The translations under genes and the position numbers were made by a program. A model generated the notes under the pieces. That model ran no database searches and had not been told where the DNA came from. It worked only from the letters and a program-made list of their open reading frames with translations. A stretch of DNA of 64,000 bases, taken from NCBI RefSeq assembly GCF_018977255.1, contig NW_024704743.1:73596001-73660000 (forward strand). The letters run 5' to 3'. Position 1 is the first letter of the stretch. Every line of letters begins with the position of its first letter. Positions 40,085 to 53,132 of this stretch are shown one piece after another. The DNA comes from Callorhinchus milii. Its lineage: Eukaryota.

Positions 40085-40950
40085 TTAAATCCCCCCTAAG
40101 CTTCTCTGCTCTAAGGAGAACAATCCCAGCTTCTCTAGTCTTTCCACATAACTAAAGTCCCTCATCCCTGATACCATTCTGGTAAATCTCCTCTGTACTC
40201 TCTCCAAGGCCTTGATATCCATCCTAAAGTGTGGTGCCCAGAATTGGACACAATACTCCAGCTGTGGCCTAACCAGTGATTTATAAAGGATTAGCAGAAC
40301 TTCCTTGCTTTTGTACTCTATCCCTCTATTTATAAAGCCAAGAATTCTATATGTTTTTTTAACAGCTCTATCAACCAGTCCTGCTACCTTCAAAGATCTG
40401 TGTATGTAAACCCCCAGGTCTCGCTGCTCCTGTACCCACTTTAAAACTGTACCATCATCTGCCCTGTGTTTGCCTATTTCACCAGTTTGTCTATGTCCTC
40501 CTGTAGTCTGCTACCATTCTCCTCACTGTTTACTAGGTTCCCAACTTTTGTGTCATCTGCAAACTTTAACATTTTGTTCTCTATACCCAACTCCAAGTTT
40601 TTTATGTATATCAAAAAGAGCAGTGGACCTAATACTGACCCCTGCGGAACACCACTGTTATACTTCCCCGAAGTCTGAAAAACAACCATTCTCCACTACC
40701 CTCTGCTTTCTGTCACCCAGCCAATTTCACAGCCATGCTGCCACTGTCCTTTTATCCAATTGCGGTCTCGTAAATTTAATTATTGTTTTTTTGGAGGGAT
40801 TATTATTAGGCGTGTGGAGTTGGAGTTTTATCCAATGGGTCTCAATTTACTAACCAGTCTATTATGTGGCACCTTATCAAACGCCTTCTGAAAGTCCATA
40901 TACACAACGTCAACTGCACTAACTTTGTGAATCCTCTCCGTTATATCATC
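40085..40950 (-). mobile_element. CR1 RT-region fragment
   Basis: [40 protein letters not shown]. Confidence 0.93.
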
Positions 40951-41328
40951 AAAGAAAAAGTTAAAAGAAGATATGATTTATTTTTAAGAATAGCAACAAG
41001 CAGATTATTGATGCTGCTTATGGTGGCTGTCATGGCTTATTTGCATCTGGTTGCCAGGACATGTTCACTCTTTTATACTGGATGAAAAGACAACAGTCAC
41101 CCATGTTTAAATGTTTAGCATTCATTGCTGTTCTTTATATGGAGAGCAAACTCTCCTGTAAGAGCCACAGCTTGTAGTCTGAACAACAGAGCTCATGGTA
41201 TGAATTACTTTAGTGACTACATTTAATATTTGAGCTTAGCTTAATATATATATAAATATAATTATTTTTCCCTCTCAATTTTTGTTCTTCCCGCACCCAC
41301 ACAGCCATTTCCCAGGAACAGAACATCT

Positions 41329-41663
41329 GGAGTCCAGTGGTTAGAGCACTCGCCTTGCAAGCGAGAGACCTGGGTGCGAAATGTTGAGCAAGTTTCCTTC
41401 CCTCTGTTTTCCCAACAGTAAATAGGAACCGGTTGTTAGTCGATTGGCGGATCGCTTTTCCGGAGATAATAATCCTTAAAAAAAAATAATTTGTTCACTC
41501 AATCCACAACTGTTTGTGGGACACTGCTGTGCGCAATTGGCTGCCGCGTTTCACTCACAAATATACAGTCAATTCACTTTAGAGTATATTCTGTAAAGTG
41601 CTTTGAGACATCTAGAAGACGTGAAAAGCACTATATCTAATGCAAGGATTATTATTATTATTA
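41329..41663 (+). mobile_element. Young SINE (long subtype, small internal deletions)
   Basis: cagtggttagagcactcgccttgcaagcgag head; (att)n tail. Confidence 0.9.
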
Positions 41664-42099
41664 TCCGCAAGAAGCGACTGCTCAACATTGCCATTCTATA
41701 ACTGGGTGTAACACTTCGGGAAATCTCAGGTGGAAAATGAATTCCATGGTACGGTGCCCATCTCACCAGGACACTACAGTCCCTTTTAGCCATTGACAAT
41801 GTTGTTCAAACGTGACTTTAATACTGAAAAACAACAGCAAGCAGAAACGACAGCCATCCATCTTAAAATAAAGTTACCCATTTTGTTCTGTTTTAATATG
41901 AAATTAAGTGTCAAAGTGCTCATACCATATCTGGGTACTGAAAACTACAATACAAACCTATGATATTCTCGTCAGCTGACGGGTAACATATCAGTGCTCA
42001 GGAAATTTCCAAATCAAGTTAAAAAAATGACTTTGTTCTCAAGGATTATTATTAAGTTTGTGAGTTGCTTTGAACAACAACTTGCATTTTCTGTAAAAG

Positions 42100-42492
42100 A
42101 ACTGCACAGCAATGCCACGTAACAACCCGACTTGGAGAACAGAATGGTCACTATGAGCAAGGATTCTTCCCATTGAGCTCCTGTTAGCCTTGCAACCCAA
42201 AACTCCAGTAAGGTGGTCCTAACTGGACAAACACCGCAAAGCTTATCAGACAGTGCTCACAATGGCAAGCTATGCGGTTTTAAGTGGTTAAAATCCATGC
42301 ACACTTTGAGGACCCCATGCATTGGCTCTCGCCTAATACTCCCCTGGAGTCAGGTCGGCGTCCCTTCAGAGCGAGAGTGCACATTCCATTCCAGACACAG
42401 GGAAATTTTCACATGTAGATGGATTGCTCAAATTTGTTCTCGATACTCTTAAGTAAGGTGATGGTTTTCTACACATGGCTGACCAAAATAAA
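42100..42492. repeat. Unclassified interspersed repeat, copy 2
   Basis: Collinear similarity to ~17650-18020. Confidence 0.75.
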
Positions 42493-42651
42493 CCGCACTC
42501 ATGGAAGACAATTGGGGTCGTTCAGCAATTGTTGATGAGTAAGAGTGCTGTATAAATAGAATGTACAGCAACGTGGTGTGACACACGATAAATTCAACTT
42601 ATAATAAGGTTTTCTTCACAAATAGAATATCATCTTGAACAATTGTTTTTT

Positions 42652-42808
42652 TAATAATAATACTTCCATTTGATATAGCGCCCTATCATGTCTTTGAGAT
42701 GTCCCAGAGGGTTTCACAGAATATACTGTAAAGTGAATTGACTGTATGTTTGTGTGGGCGAAAAGCAGCAGCCAATTGCGCACAGCAGTGTCCCACAAAC
42801 AGTTGTAG
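42652..42808 (-). mobile_element. Young SINE 3' fragment
   Basis: Antisense tail through cagcagtgtcccacaaacagttgt. Confidence 0.85.
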
Positions 42809-45056
42809 TTCTCTATCAAGTGCTCTATTCATTGAACTACAGGATTCCACATATTATAGAGGTAATCTGGAATGCTTTATAACAAATTGAAGTAAATCTA
42901 TATCAACCTCTCTAAGTTAATTGGATAAACACCAAAAGAAAAATATTCACGTCTGTCTTTTAAAAGAGTACAGGTATGGCATAAGAGAGGATAAGTCTCC
43001 AGGTCAGTGGGAGAGCTACCAACAACAAAGACACAATGAACTGAATGGCCTCCTCCTGTGCTGCAAAGATTCTCTGCCATTCTATGTACACCAGAGCTCT
43101 CCTCAGCCTAAGGCCAATGTAATTTCTAAATGGGAAATATAAATCCAGCTTCCCCTCCAAGTCGCTTGGCTGTGATAATGAATCATTTCCTGCAGTGTAA
43201 ATCCAGCATTGGACAATTACTTCAAGATGCTAATTCAGCCAGCAGCACGTCACCCTTAAAATGTCAACATTAACATATAACAACCGGAATCTGGCTTCAG
43301 AAATCTAAAATCAAAGCTACTTACTCTCCACAACAATTCATTTGAAAAGTGGCTGCATAGGTGGAAAGCCTCATTTACCCAAACCTGCAGGGTTCTAACT
43401 GCCACCCCCAGCCAACACTTGCAAACAATAAATGGAGCTGAAAGGGGGAAATAAAATCAGGCTTGTGTTGGCTGCAATGTGCTAAGTGCCAACAGGAAAT
43501 CACTCTCCAAAAATGTCAAGACCATGGAATAGTTGGGCTCAATGGTCCGTTTCTGTGCTGTATCACTCTATCTAATTGTTATTTGCTGGAAAGACACTTC
43601 AACTATACAACTACAACAGCAACTTACATTTATATTGCATCTCAGAACTTTAGATATGCATCCATTGAAATAGGAGCACCATGTTTTACCGTAATAACAT
43701 GGAATAGAGCCTGAGCATCGTGTGTATAAAAATAATTCCGAATATTCTGAGGTCTTTCATCCGGTATAAAAATTTTGCTCTCTAGACCCAAGGCCACGTT
43801 TTTCCTTGCTGACGCACCGCTTTCAATGTCACATTTCATGAGAAAGACTCTTTTACTTCCCTTTCCCTCATTTAAATACTGATGAGATGTCTCCCGAGCA
43901 GCACTTCTACACAAGCATTTTCTATATTCTGGTTTTATTTATTTTTCTTTTCATGATCCTTGTGCTCAGCAATATACAATTGTATGGGATGTTGATACGG
44001 GGGAAAAATAACTTTTTTCAATGTTTTGAAATTCTAGCATGAATCCTATAATTTCCACAAATCTTAACAAGACTCCAAATGACAAACCCACCCTCAAGTG
44101 GACATTTCTAACATCACACATTCTTGAATTAGCCTTTATGGAGAGAAAGAACTTGTCAGAATGTCTCAAAGCACTTTACAAGTAAAACTACTGTATGATG
44201 TGGTAACTGAGTTGGCTGTTTGAGATAACAAGGATCCACCAATAACAATGAGATATATGTCCAATTCATTGAGAGGATTGTGGCCCAGGACCCTGGGAAA
44301 AACTCTTCTCGTTTCAGTTAGCACCACAGGATTGTTAATGTCCATCTGAAGTCAGGCAGTGCATTGTTATAGAGCCCTTCACACGGGAAACATCACGGAG
44401 CACTTAAAGGAAGGGGAAACCAAAGACACGGTCGAAGAGTAAACCCGTCGGGTGTGATCTGAAAATGGGCAAAGAGGGGACAAGATGGAGGGATTGAAGC
44501 AAGGAGTTCCAGGGATTCGAGGCATGGCGGCTAAAAGCACGGCCGCCAATTGTGGAGGAAGGGTCAAAGGACCTCAATTTTAATACCTTATCTAAAAGAC
44601 GACATCTGACAAAGCGGCATTTTCATTGCACTAGAATGGAATGCCTGTCAGACCAGACCGAGTTCAAGTCCCTTAATTTCAATGACTGTACTGTAATGCT
44701 ACATGCAATGCCTTCATATGATCAAACAACAACTACATTTTTGGAACATGTTTGGACATGTTCACACCAAAATAATAATGGTTTTACAGTTACCACTTAC
44801 AAATCACCATACCCGTAATATTTGTATGTGACAATAACTATAATGATTCTCAGAACTCTACGTGAAAAGTTACAGCAAATAAGCTAAGGGTGTCCCATGG
44901 AGCGAAAAGGTGTCATTTGTGCTAAGGCAGAAAGCAAGTTTATGTAGAATGTTGCAGCACAGATACAGGCCATTCTGCCCTACTAGTCTGTGCCGGTATT
45001 TATGCACCATGAGATTCTACCGCTCCGAATATGGCATTAAGCAGATAACTAAACTT

Positions 45057-45932
45057 GTACTTGTCAGACATCAGGAGCTGGATGAGCGCAAATTTCCTGC
45101 AGTTAAACGTCAACAAGACGGAAACCATACTCTTTGGCTCCCACCAACGTCTTCTGTCCCATGGTTCCGACCTCTTCAACTTACCCGACCTATCCTTAAA
45201 ACTCTCCGATCCTGTGCGCAACTTAGGCATCAGGTTCGATCCCCAGTTATCCTTTCTCCCCCACATTCGGTCCTGACCAGCAATGCTTTCTTCCACCTCC
45301 GCCACATTGCCCGTCTCCGACAATACCTCCCCCAAAAGCTGCCAAAACCCTTGTCCATGCCTTTGTCACCTCTCAGCTGGACTACTCTAACACCCTCCTC
45401 ACCGGTCTCCCCTCCTCCACTATTCACAAAATCCAGCTCATTCAAAACTCCGCCGCTCGCATTCTCACCCGCACCTGACTTTGTGCCCCAATTACTCCAG
45501 TCCCTGCCAAACTCCACTGGCTCCCTGTCGCAGAGCAGATCGACTTCAAGATCCTCACTCCAGTGTTTAAATCCCTCCATTCCTTCACCCCCCAATCTCT
45601 CTAACCTCCTCTCTCCCCACAACAGTACTCGCTGCCTCCGCTCTACTGGGTTCGGCCTCCTCCGTGTCCCCCCGAATCCTCTGCTCCACCATTGGTGGCC
45701 GTGCCTTCAGCTGTTACACCCCGAAACTTTGGAATTCCCACCATCAACCCCTTTGTCTCACTCCCTCCTTCCCCATCTTCAGGTCGCACCTGAAGACCTT
45801 CCTCTTCGATCACACCTACAGTCACCTTCCCCCTCCTCCTGGCTTGGCCTCGGGCTCCACTATTTTTAAGCGCTCCGAGACCCCACCTGGCATGGAGGAC
45901 ACTATATAAATGCAAGTAGTTGTTGTTGTTGT
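45057..45932 (+). mobile_element. L2 LINE 3' ~0.9 kb with tail
   Basis: [49 protein letters not shown]; actatataaatgcaagta(gtt)n. Confidence 0.94.
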
Positions 45933-47150
45933 ACTTGCACAAATAAATTACAATTGAAAGAATAACACCTTTTTTAAAAAAACAACTATATTGGAATAGG
46001 TGAATTGAATCGCTGAAATGAGATGTAAAATTCTTGGAAGGGTTTGAAAGAATAAGATAATTAGGTAACCAATCAAAGTTAATATAGTTAAAGACTTAAA
46101 TAAATAAACCTATTCATTTAGATCAATTTAATTAAAATGGCATTTTGGAGTTCAGCTCTGTTGGGCTGCCAGTCAATAATCAATCTGCAGTGTGATTTAA
46201 AATATCATTTATATCCAAGGACTGGGTTCTACAGTGGGGATAAGAATCCTGTCTGGTTCGCTCTCTATGAAATCCAGGCAAACAGTCTTTTCTCCTTGTG
46301 TCAAATCGAACCAAATTGTCCTTTTCTTCTTTTGTCAAATCCAGCCAAGCAAACAAAATGAAAATTCTGAGTTTGAGTAATCTCGACCCAGTTACTGTGA
46401 GTCCATAGCACAAAACTGGCACCGATCAGCAGCCATAGAACACACAAGAGCTCATTGTTAGGGAACAGGTAGATCCATTGTACCTGAGCTGAAGTTGCCT
46501 TTTTCAGAAAAAAAAGTATATGACTCAAAGTTAACCAACAAAATAATTCTACACTACTTCATCTCTCATGTTCCTTCATTCACAGTCCGCAATTGATTTC
46601 TTCACCCAATAGCTAATTTCTAATTCACGTTAGAATTTGCTGACACCATCTTAAAGGTGGAAAATGCTTAACGTTGAAAAAGTGATCTTGATATCATTCA
46701 CCTTGATATACACTGAAGAGAGTGTCAAACTGTTCAGCATCACATGTTAATAACTCTCGTTCTTTCCAATATCTCTATTCACACTAATAACTAAAAAGTC
46801 ACAAAATACTCAACGTAGCTTTCTTACATAGAATACTATTTTGAAAAATAGCTTATGGATTCTAAAAATAACGTTGTCAATCAACAATTTGTATCGCCTT
46901 GCTAAAAGTTGGTTTCAGAGTCAGCTGAGGCACCGGATACATTTTCAGTAAACTTAGAATTAACGGCATGTCTTTTTTCTAACTCTACAAGGTCTTCTTA
47001 GTTCTCACTATATTCATCTCTGCAGGCTAAAGATAGTTCCAAACAATTTTCCTGAATTATCCCCATTTCATATAAGACAAAATCACTTTGGAGGAGAGGC
47101 TCTGGAGTTTCCCAATTCAGAGATCCAAGTGTTAATTACATTGGATGAGT

Positions 47151-47524
47151 GGAGTCCTGTAGCTCAGTGGTCAGAGTGCTCGCCTCGTAAGTGAGAGGGC
47201 CTGGGTTTCATTCCTGGCAGGGTGAAATGTTGGGTAAGCTTCCTTACTCCACACGCCTTTGTTTACCTAGCAATAAGTAGGAACCCGGTTGTTAAGTTGA
47301 TTGGCAGATCGCTTTTCCAGGGGTAATAATTCCTTCAAAAAAATAAATTGGGTTACTTCAATCCACAACTGTTTGTGGCACACTGCTGTGCGCAATTGGC
47401 TATCATGTTTCGCCAACAAAATATACAGTCAATTCACTTTACAGTATATTCTGTGAAGCGCTTTGAGATGTCTCGAAGACGTGATAAGGCGCTCTATCAA
47501 ATGCAAGGATTATTATTATTATTA
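47151..47524 (+). mobile_element. Young full-length SINE (long subtype)
   Basis: Complete head, tttacctagcaataagtaggaacccgg block, Deu core and (att)n tail. Confidence 0.93.
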
Positions 47525-48872
47525 TAATTTGTCAAATGATGACATTTTTGCTGCAAAAATGAATTGTGCTTCCAATTTCTCCCCATCGCTCGTCCACCCA
47601 TACCAATTTGGTGAAATCTAGGCAATTAATTTTATACACCTCAGGATAATATGATACACCTTATGAGGGAGGAGGGGTGTATGGGAGAGGATTAGAAGGG
47701 TGGAGACTCATGCAGAGTATCAACAGCCACACAGACTAATTGGGCCAAACGGCCCCTTTCTGAGGTGTAATGCTCTCATGAGCATATACAACCGTAATCA
47801 ATTGGAATGATTTGTAACTGTTTAAAGTTTGGAATTCCCAAATTATATTTGTGAATGCCACATATTCTAATTCATATCATAGCACATTTACGGAGTTGTC
47901 TGAGTGCAATATCACAGTGCACATGTGCAACGTGCGGGAAGTGATATCAATCACGCTTCCTGAGCACAGAGCGCAGGACGTGACATCAGTGGCGAGCTGC
48001 AGACCGAGAAATCGGCCATGTTCTTATGCAGCTCGTCAGTGGCAGAAGCCAAATTTACTGTGCTTCGAGATAGCGTAGGCCCACAGTCGACTTGTGGTCT
48101 AAGCAAATTTGTGCTCAACTGGGTCACCCCTGCATGTTTTAAATGTTTGTCATTAATAACTGCAAATGAACTACTAAATGGAATAGAAATGTTTTCTGCT
48201 AATTTTCTCCCAATCTGAAATTCCTTGGGTTGGTTCCACTGGCACCAGGGCCCCCAGCAGCTCACAAGGTGGTTATTCTTCCTGTGCAAGTCCTGACCAT
48301 GAGAGCTTTACCTGGTTATCTGACTGAGGACAGCACAGCTGAGATCAAGTCCACTCCTCCCATCATCTTAGTCAGTAGCTCATTTTGTCGTGAAATTTAA
48401 AACCAGGACGAATTATGGAAAATGTTTCACTTTAGTTAAGTTTTGGAAGATTTTTTTTAAGAATTGCAGATAACTGGGTTCCAAATTAAGATTGAATTTA
48501 AGAAATTTCCACAATTAAATTTTAAGACTAAAAGGTCTTACAAGGCTAAGAATTTAAAGCTTCGGTTGACCATGTAATCCTGCTTTGCAGCATAGGTGAC
48601 TGGGAGTGGTTGGGAGCAAGAACTCTGACTGATTTTCTCCTTCCTTATCACAAAACACATAGGCCAGTTATAAAACACTGACTTGTAACTTAGTTGAGCA
48701 AACCTTACCTTTTAAGTTCATTTAACATCTAACAACGCAGTTCAGTAATTTATTGCCGCACACACACACATATATATACATATACACAGGTCAGTGAGAG
48801 AGACACCATTAATATCTCACACACACACACATATATATACACAGGTCAGTGTGTAAGAGACACCATTAATGT

Positions 48873-49160
48873 GGAGTCCTGTAGCTCAGTGGTTAGAGGG
48901 ACCTGGGTTCGATTCCCAGGAGGGTGAAACCTTGGGCAAGGTTCTTTACTCCACACGCCTGATAATAATCCCTCAAGAGAAAAAAAATAATAAATTGGTC
49001 ACTTCAATCCACGATTGTTTGTGGGACACTGCTGTGTGCAATTGGCTGCTGCGTTTCGCCCACAAATATAGTCAATTCACTTTACTGTTTATTCTGTGGA
49101 GTGCTTTGATACGTCTAGAGGACGTGAAAAGCGCTATATCAAATGCAAGGATTATTATTA
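48873..49160 (+). mobile_element. Young SINE (short subtype, anticodon arm deleted)
   Basis: ggagtcctgtagctcagtggttagag joined directly to ggacctgggttcgattccc. Confidence 0.9.
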
Positions 49161-51001
49161 CTTGAACAAGAAAATCTTTGGGGGAATGTTCTGTTTAGGA
49201 AAAGTTCCTTTTCATTTTACTGATGTCCATCATAATTAGATATTCCTGCCTCTGTAATAAACAGCAAAGATTTATTCTGGTCAGTTTGCAAAAGGCAAAT
49301 TCATATTTCTGCACAATTTTGTGAAATTAAAAACTAAAACTACAATATTAAGAACATTTCATAGAATAATGGAAATCACAGTGAAGAAGGCGACCATACA
49401 GTTCATTGAGCCAAACTCGTTCTTGCTAATCCATGGAAGTTGATGAGTCTTATCCCGATTCCCTGCTCTTTTGCCTAAATCTTATTTATTCCACTTTTGC
49501 TATTCTTGAGTTATTTGCATTTGAATAGTTGCTGTTATTTTATAAGCAGCAGCATTTAACAGGTATTTGAATGATGCTAAATTCATGAATATTGCGTTAG
49601 GTAAGCGCACATTATATGTATATGAGCGTGTGTGCATTTGTGTAAATAAAATGTGTTGTGTGTGCGTAATGAGGTACATGTGCAAAAAAAGGGTGGCAGA
49701 TTCAGTTTAATAAAGAGAAATACAATGCTATGATCCACAGAAGCAATATATGTAGGGTTTGCACACAAGCATGTATATATATATGTATGCATGAGAATTA
49801 TAGTATCTAGTTCCTTGAATTAGACTAAAGAAGAATGAGAGTTAATGCATTTTGAAGCAGAAATGACTGTACTGTGAGATGTATTGCAAATGCAGAGGAA
49901 TCATTTTGCAAACCAATGCCAGTGTCATCCATATCCAAGTCAGTAAGGATTAGAGTTATTTTGTTTTGGTCAGCTGAGTGTCTGACATAAACAGAAATCC
50001 ATCATCATGCTCAAGTGTCTTGAAACCAAACTACTTAGAATTCCAAATATCCTATGATTTAGATGTGTCTGGTTTGGAATGCACACTCTCTCCCCAGAAG
50101 GAGGCAACCTGCTCCCGTTGTACTAGAATTAGGAGTAGGTTTGTAAGAGTAGGTTAACCTCAAGTGTATTAGCACAACTAATTTTTTGTGCCAAAAATGG
50201 GCATGTGAATTATGAGAGTTCCTTTAAATGGCAATTTAATGAACATACCAACTTAGTGTTGAATCATGAGCCTATAATGTTGCAAACTAAACCTGCAATG
50301 GTTGAAATTCCCAAATTTCTCTCACTTAGATGGCTGCAATAGCTATCACAGAGAGAAGATTTTGTCTCTGGAGTTCACAGCTGGATTCGAACCAAATTCC
50401 AAAAGTGAAAGGTCAGTATTCCAATCCAGTGGTCCATTCAGATCCACTAACAAAATACAAGTCAAAACCATCATTATTTGATTTAAATTTCACGTGCATC
50501 AGTTATTGACCTTTAAGGAGTTAAAAGCAACAGTCTAAGCAGCTTGTTTCACTACCTAAGGGCAAATTGGAAAAACTGTTCACCATAATCTGAAGAGAAT
50601 TTACAAAATGTCACCACAGCAGAAATGCATCTGGACACTTGCAATTAAATGTCACGGTAATGTGGATTTAGTTCAAGTATTGAGCGGGAGTGATACACAC
50701 ATTCTCTTATTAGGTCCATGCACTTCTGAGGAACTAGAAATCTCTTTAAAATGCCTCATTAAACAACATAAGCTGCTGAGGACAGAATTACTAAAACACA
50801 AGCAATTTAGACCAACCAACTATGGTAACTTTACATGTTTAACAGTTAAGGTTTCAGTGATGCAGCAAGTTCACCATGAAATAGTTGCAATTTTACAGAG
50901 TGGTTCTTCATTATAGATGTTAGGTGAATATTCCTTAAAGTCATAATAATAAGTGTTTATTTTTTATTCAGAAGGAGATGAGAGAGAAGTCAGTACAGTA
51001 C

Positions 51002-51086
51002 AGGGGAACATTTTCTCCAATGACCGATGTAGAGGGGAAAGTTTTGTCCAGTGATCTATGTGGAGGGGAAAGTTTTGCCCAATGGC
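51002..51086. repeat. 31-bp minisatellite, ~2.7 diverged copies
   Basis: aggggaa(c/a)(a/g)tttt..cca.tg unit at 51002, 51033 and 51064. Confidence 0.85.
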
Positions 51087-51309
51087 AAATAATGAACATT
51101 ACAAAGTACATCTGAATCAGGTTGTGTGCAAAGTAACAAAAACAATCAGAGTTGAAAAGCACATTAGTCCAGAAAAGGACAGGGTAAATGGTGACCTGGA
51201 ATATAAAGTGTGTCCCCCCTACCGACATCACTCCAACTTGTAGAGAATTTGACTCCAAGGCAATATCAGGGCAGAGCTGAATTCTTTTGAGTCGGCTTGA
51301 GAGCATGTC

Positions 51310-51595
51310 TGCTGCGTCATTTACTCTGCCTTTTTCCTGACAAGCAACTTTTCAACCTCACTGCTGGATATCTGCCATTTGCCACTGGGGCTGCACCATG
51401 CACGTGCGTCCGGAGCTGCTCCACCCACAGTGACGTCAGGTAACCAGTGAGCATCCCGCAGGTCAGAGACTTCATTTACAGCAGGTTTGCAGCGGAGGGG
51501 ATGTTTATAGTGGATTATAGCATGGAAAAAGCGCGGCCGAGCTTTTTTATTGGCCCAGGTTTTAACCAAAGGATGTCTGCACTATTTGATTGGTC
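51310..51595. promoter_or_regulatory. Candidate promoter/enhancer
   Basis: ARE-like TGCTGCGTCAT (51310), E-box CACGTG (51401), full CRE TGACGTCA (51431), two ATTGG boxes 40 bp apart (51549, 51589), locally retained CpGs. Confidence 0.45.
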
Positions 51596-51671
51596 TGGCC
51601 TGAGAGCTTAGTCAAGATCAATGATATGCCGTTCAGATGACTGATGTTCAGAAGTTCTGCTATCCCTTTAC

Positions 51672-52224
51672 AAGTCACTGGAGTATTGTGTCCAATTCTG
51701 AGCACCACACTTTAGGAAGGCTATTAAGGCCTTATAGAGGGTGCAGAGGAGATTTACCAGAATGGTACCAGGGATGAAGGACTTTAGTTATGTTGAGAGA
51801 TGAGAGAAGCTGGGATTGTTCTCCTTAGAGCAGAGAAGGTTCAGGGGATATTCAGTAGAGCTGTTCAAAATTATGAGGGGTTTGATAAAGTAGAAACTGT
51901 TTCCCCTGGCCGGTGGGTCAGTAACCAGGCACATACATTTAAGAAAATTGGCAAAAGACCAGAAGAGAGATGAGGAGAATTCGTTTTTTTTTTAGACACA
52001 GAGTTGTTACGGTCTGGAATGTACTCCATGAAAGGCTGGTGGAAACAGATTCAGTAACAACTTTCAAAAGGGAATTAAATAGATACTTGAAAAGGAAAAA
52101 ATTGCAGCAATATGGGGAAAGAGCAGGGGAGTGGGACTGATTGGGTAGCTCATCCAAAGAACCAGCACAGGCACGATGGGCTAAATGGCTTCCTTCTGTG
52201 CTGTAATATTCTATGATTCTATGA
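51672..52224 (+). mobile_element. CR1 LINE 3' end
   Basis: ctggagtattgtgtccaattctg (LEYCVQF); tail attctatgattctatga. Confidence 0.92.
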
Positions 52225-52764
52225 CTCCCCGCTGCCTGCTGTGCTCCCAGGTATAGATAAGCTGATCAATACTTAAATTGTCTGAAAACCTGGTTGCTTC
52301 CATTATCGCTTATTGAGGTAATGGATTATTACCCTTTGTAGAATCATTGACTGTGAAACTATAATAAAAGAAACAATTGTTTAACATCCAAGTTACGCGC
52401 ATTATATTATCATTAATTAAATCATAAATATGAAGTTTCCTTACAGAAGGTTTTTGCTGGTCTTCTGATATCTGAGCCTGCAGAATTGAAAGGTGAATTC
52501 AGGGCAATTTTCTTTTAAAGCTTTGAGAGATATCAGCTGGGAATTTGATAAGAAATAATTTTGGTTGGGAGGGGAGAGGGGAAAGAGAGAAACCATCATA
52601 AAAAAAACATATGATCTGTACTCATTATTTAACCATCAGTTTAGTCATCTTAGGATGCTTTTTTTAAAAATACTGATGACATGGAAAATCTTTTTTTTTT
52701 AAATGAAGGACGTGTCAGGCGACAAGAGACAATCCCAGCCTTGCAGCCTCTTCTACTCAGGATT

Positions 52765-53077
52765 TAATAATAATCCTTGCATTTGATATAGCGCTTTTCA
52801 CGTCGGGGGGACGTCCCAAAGCGCTTCACAGAACACACTGTAAAGTGAATTGACTGTATATTTGTGGGCGAACGCAGCAGCCAATTGCGCACAGCAATGT
52901 CCCACAAACAGTTGTAGATTGAAAATGACCAATTTATTATTGTTTTTGTTTTTTGGAGGGATTATTATTAGGTGTGTGGAGTAAGGAAACTTGCCCAAGG
53001 TTTCGCCCTCTGCCTGGAATTGAACCCAGGTGTCTCGCTTGCAAAGCGAGTGCTCTAACCACTGAGCTACAGGACTC
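52765..53077 (-). mobile_element. Very young full-length SINE (short subtype)
   Basis: Complete antisense copy; nearly identical to 54288-54606. Confidence 0.94.
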
Positions 53078-53132
53078 TATATAACTATATAGCTATATAA
53101 CAAACAAAAGGCTTCTCATTCAGATGGGCCTC

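Noticed and set aside
44910..45869. 319-aa ORF
   Set aside because: Mostly out-of-frame translation of a frameshifted L2 preceded by a CR1 tail; only a short stretch is in the ORF2 frame.
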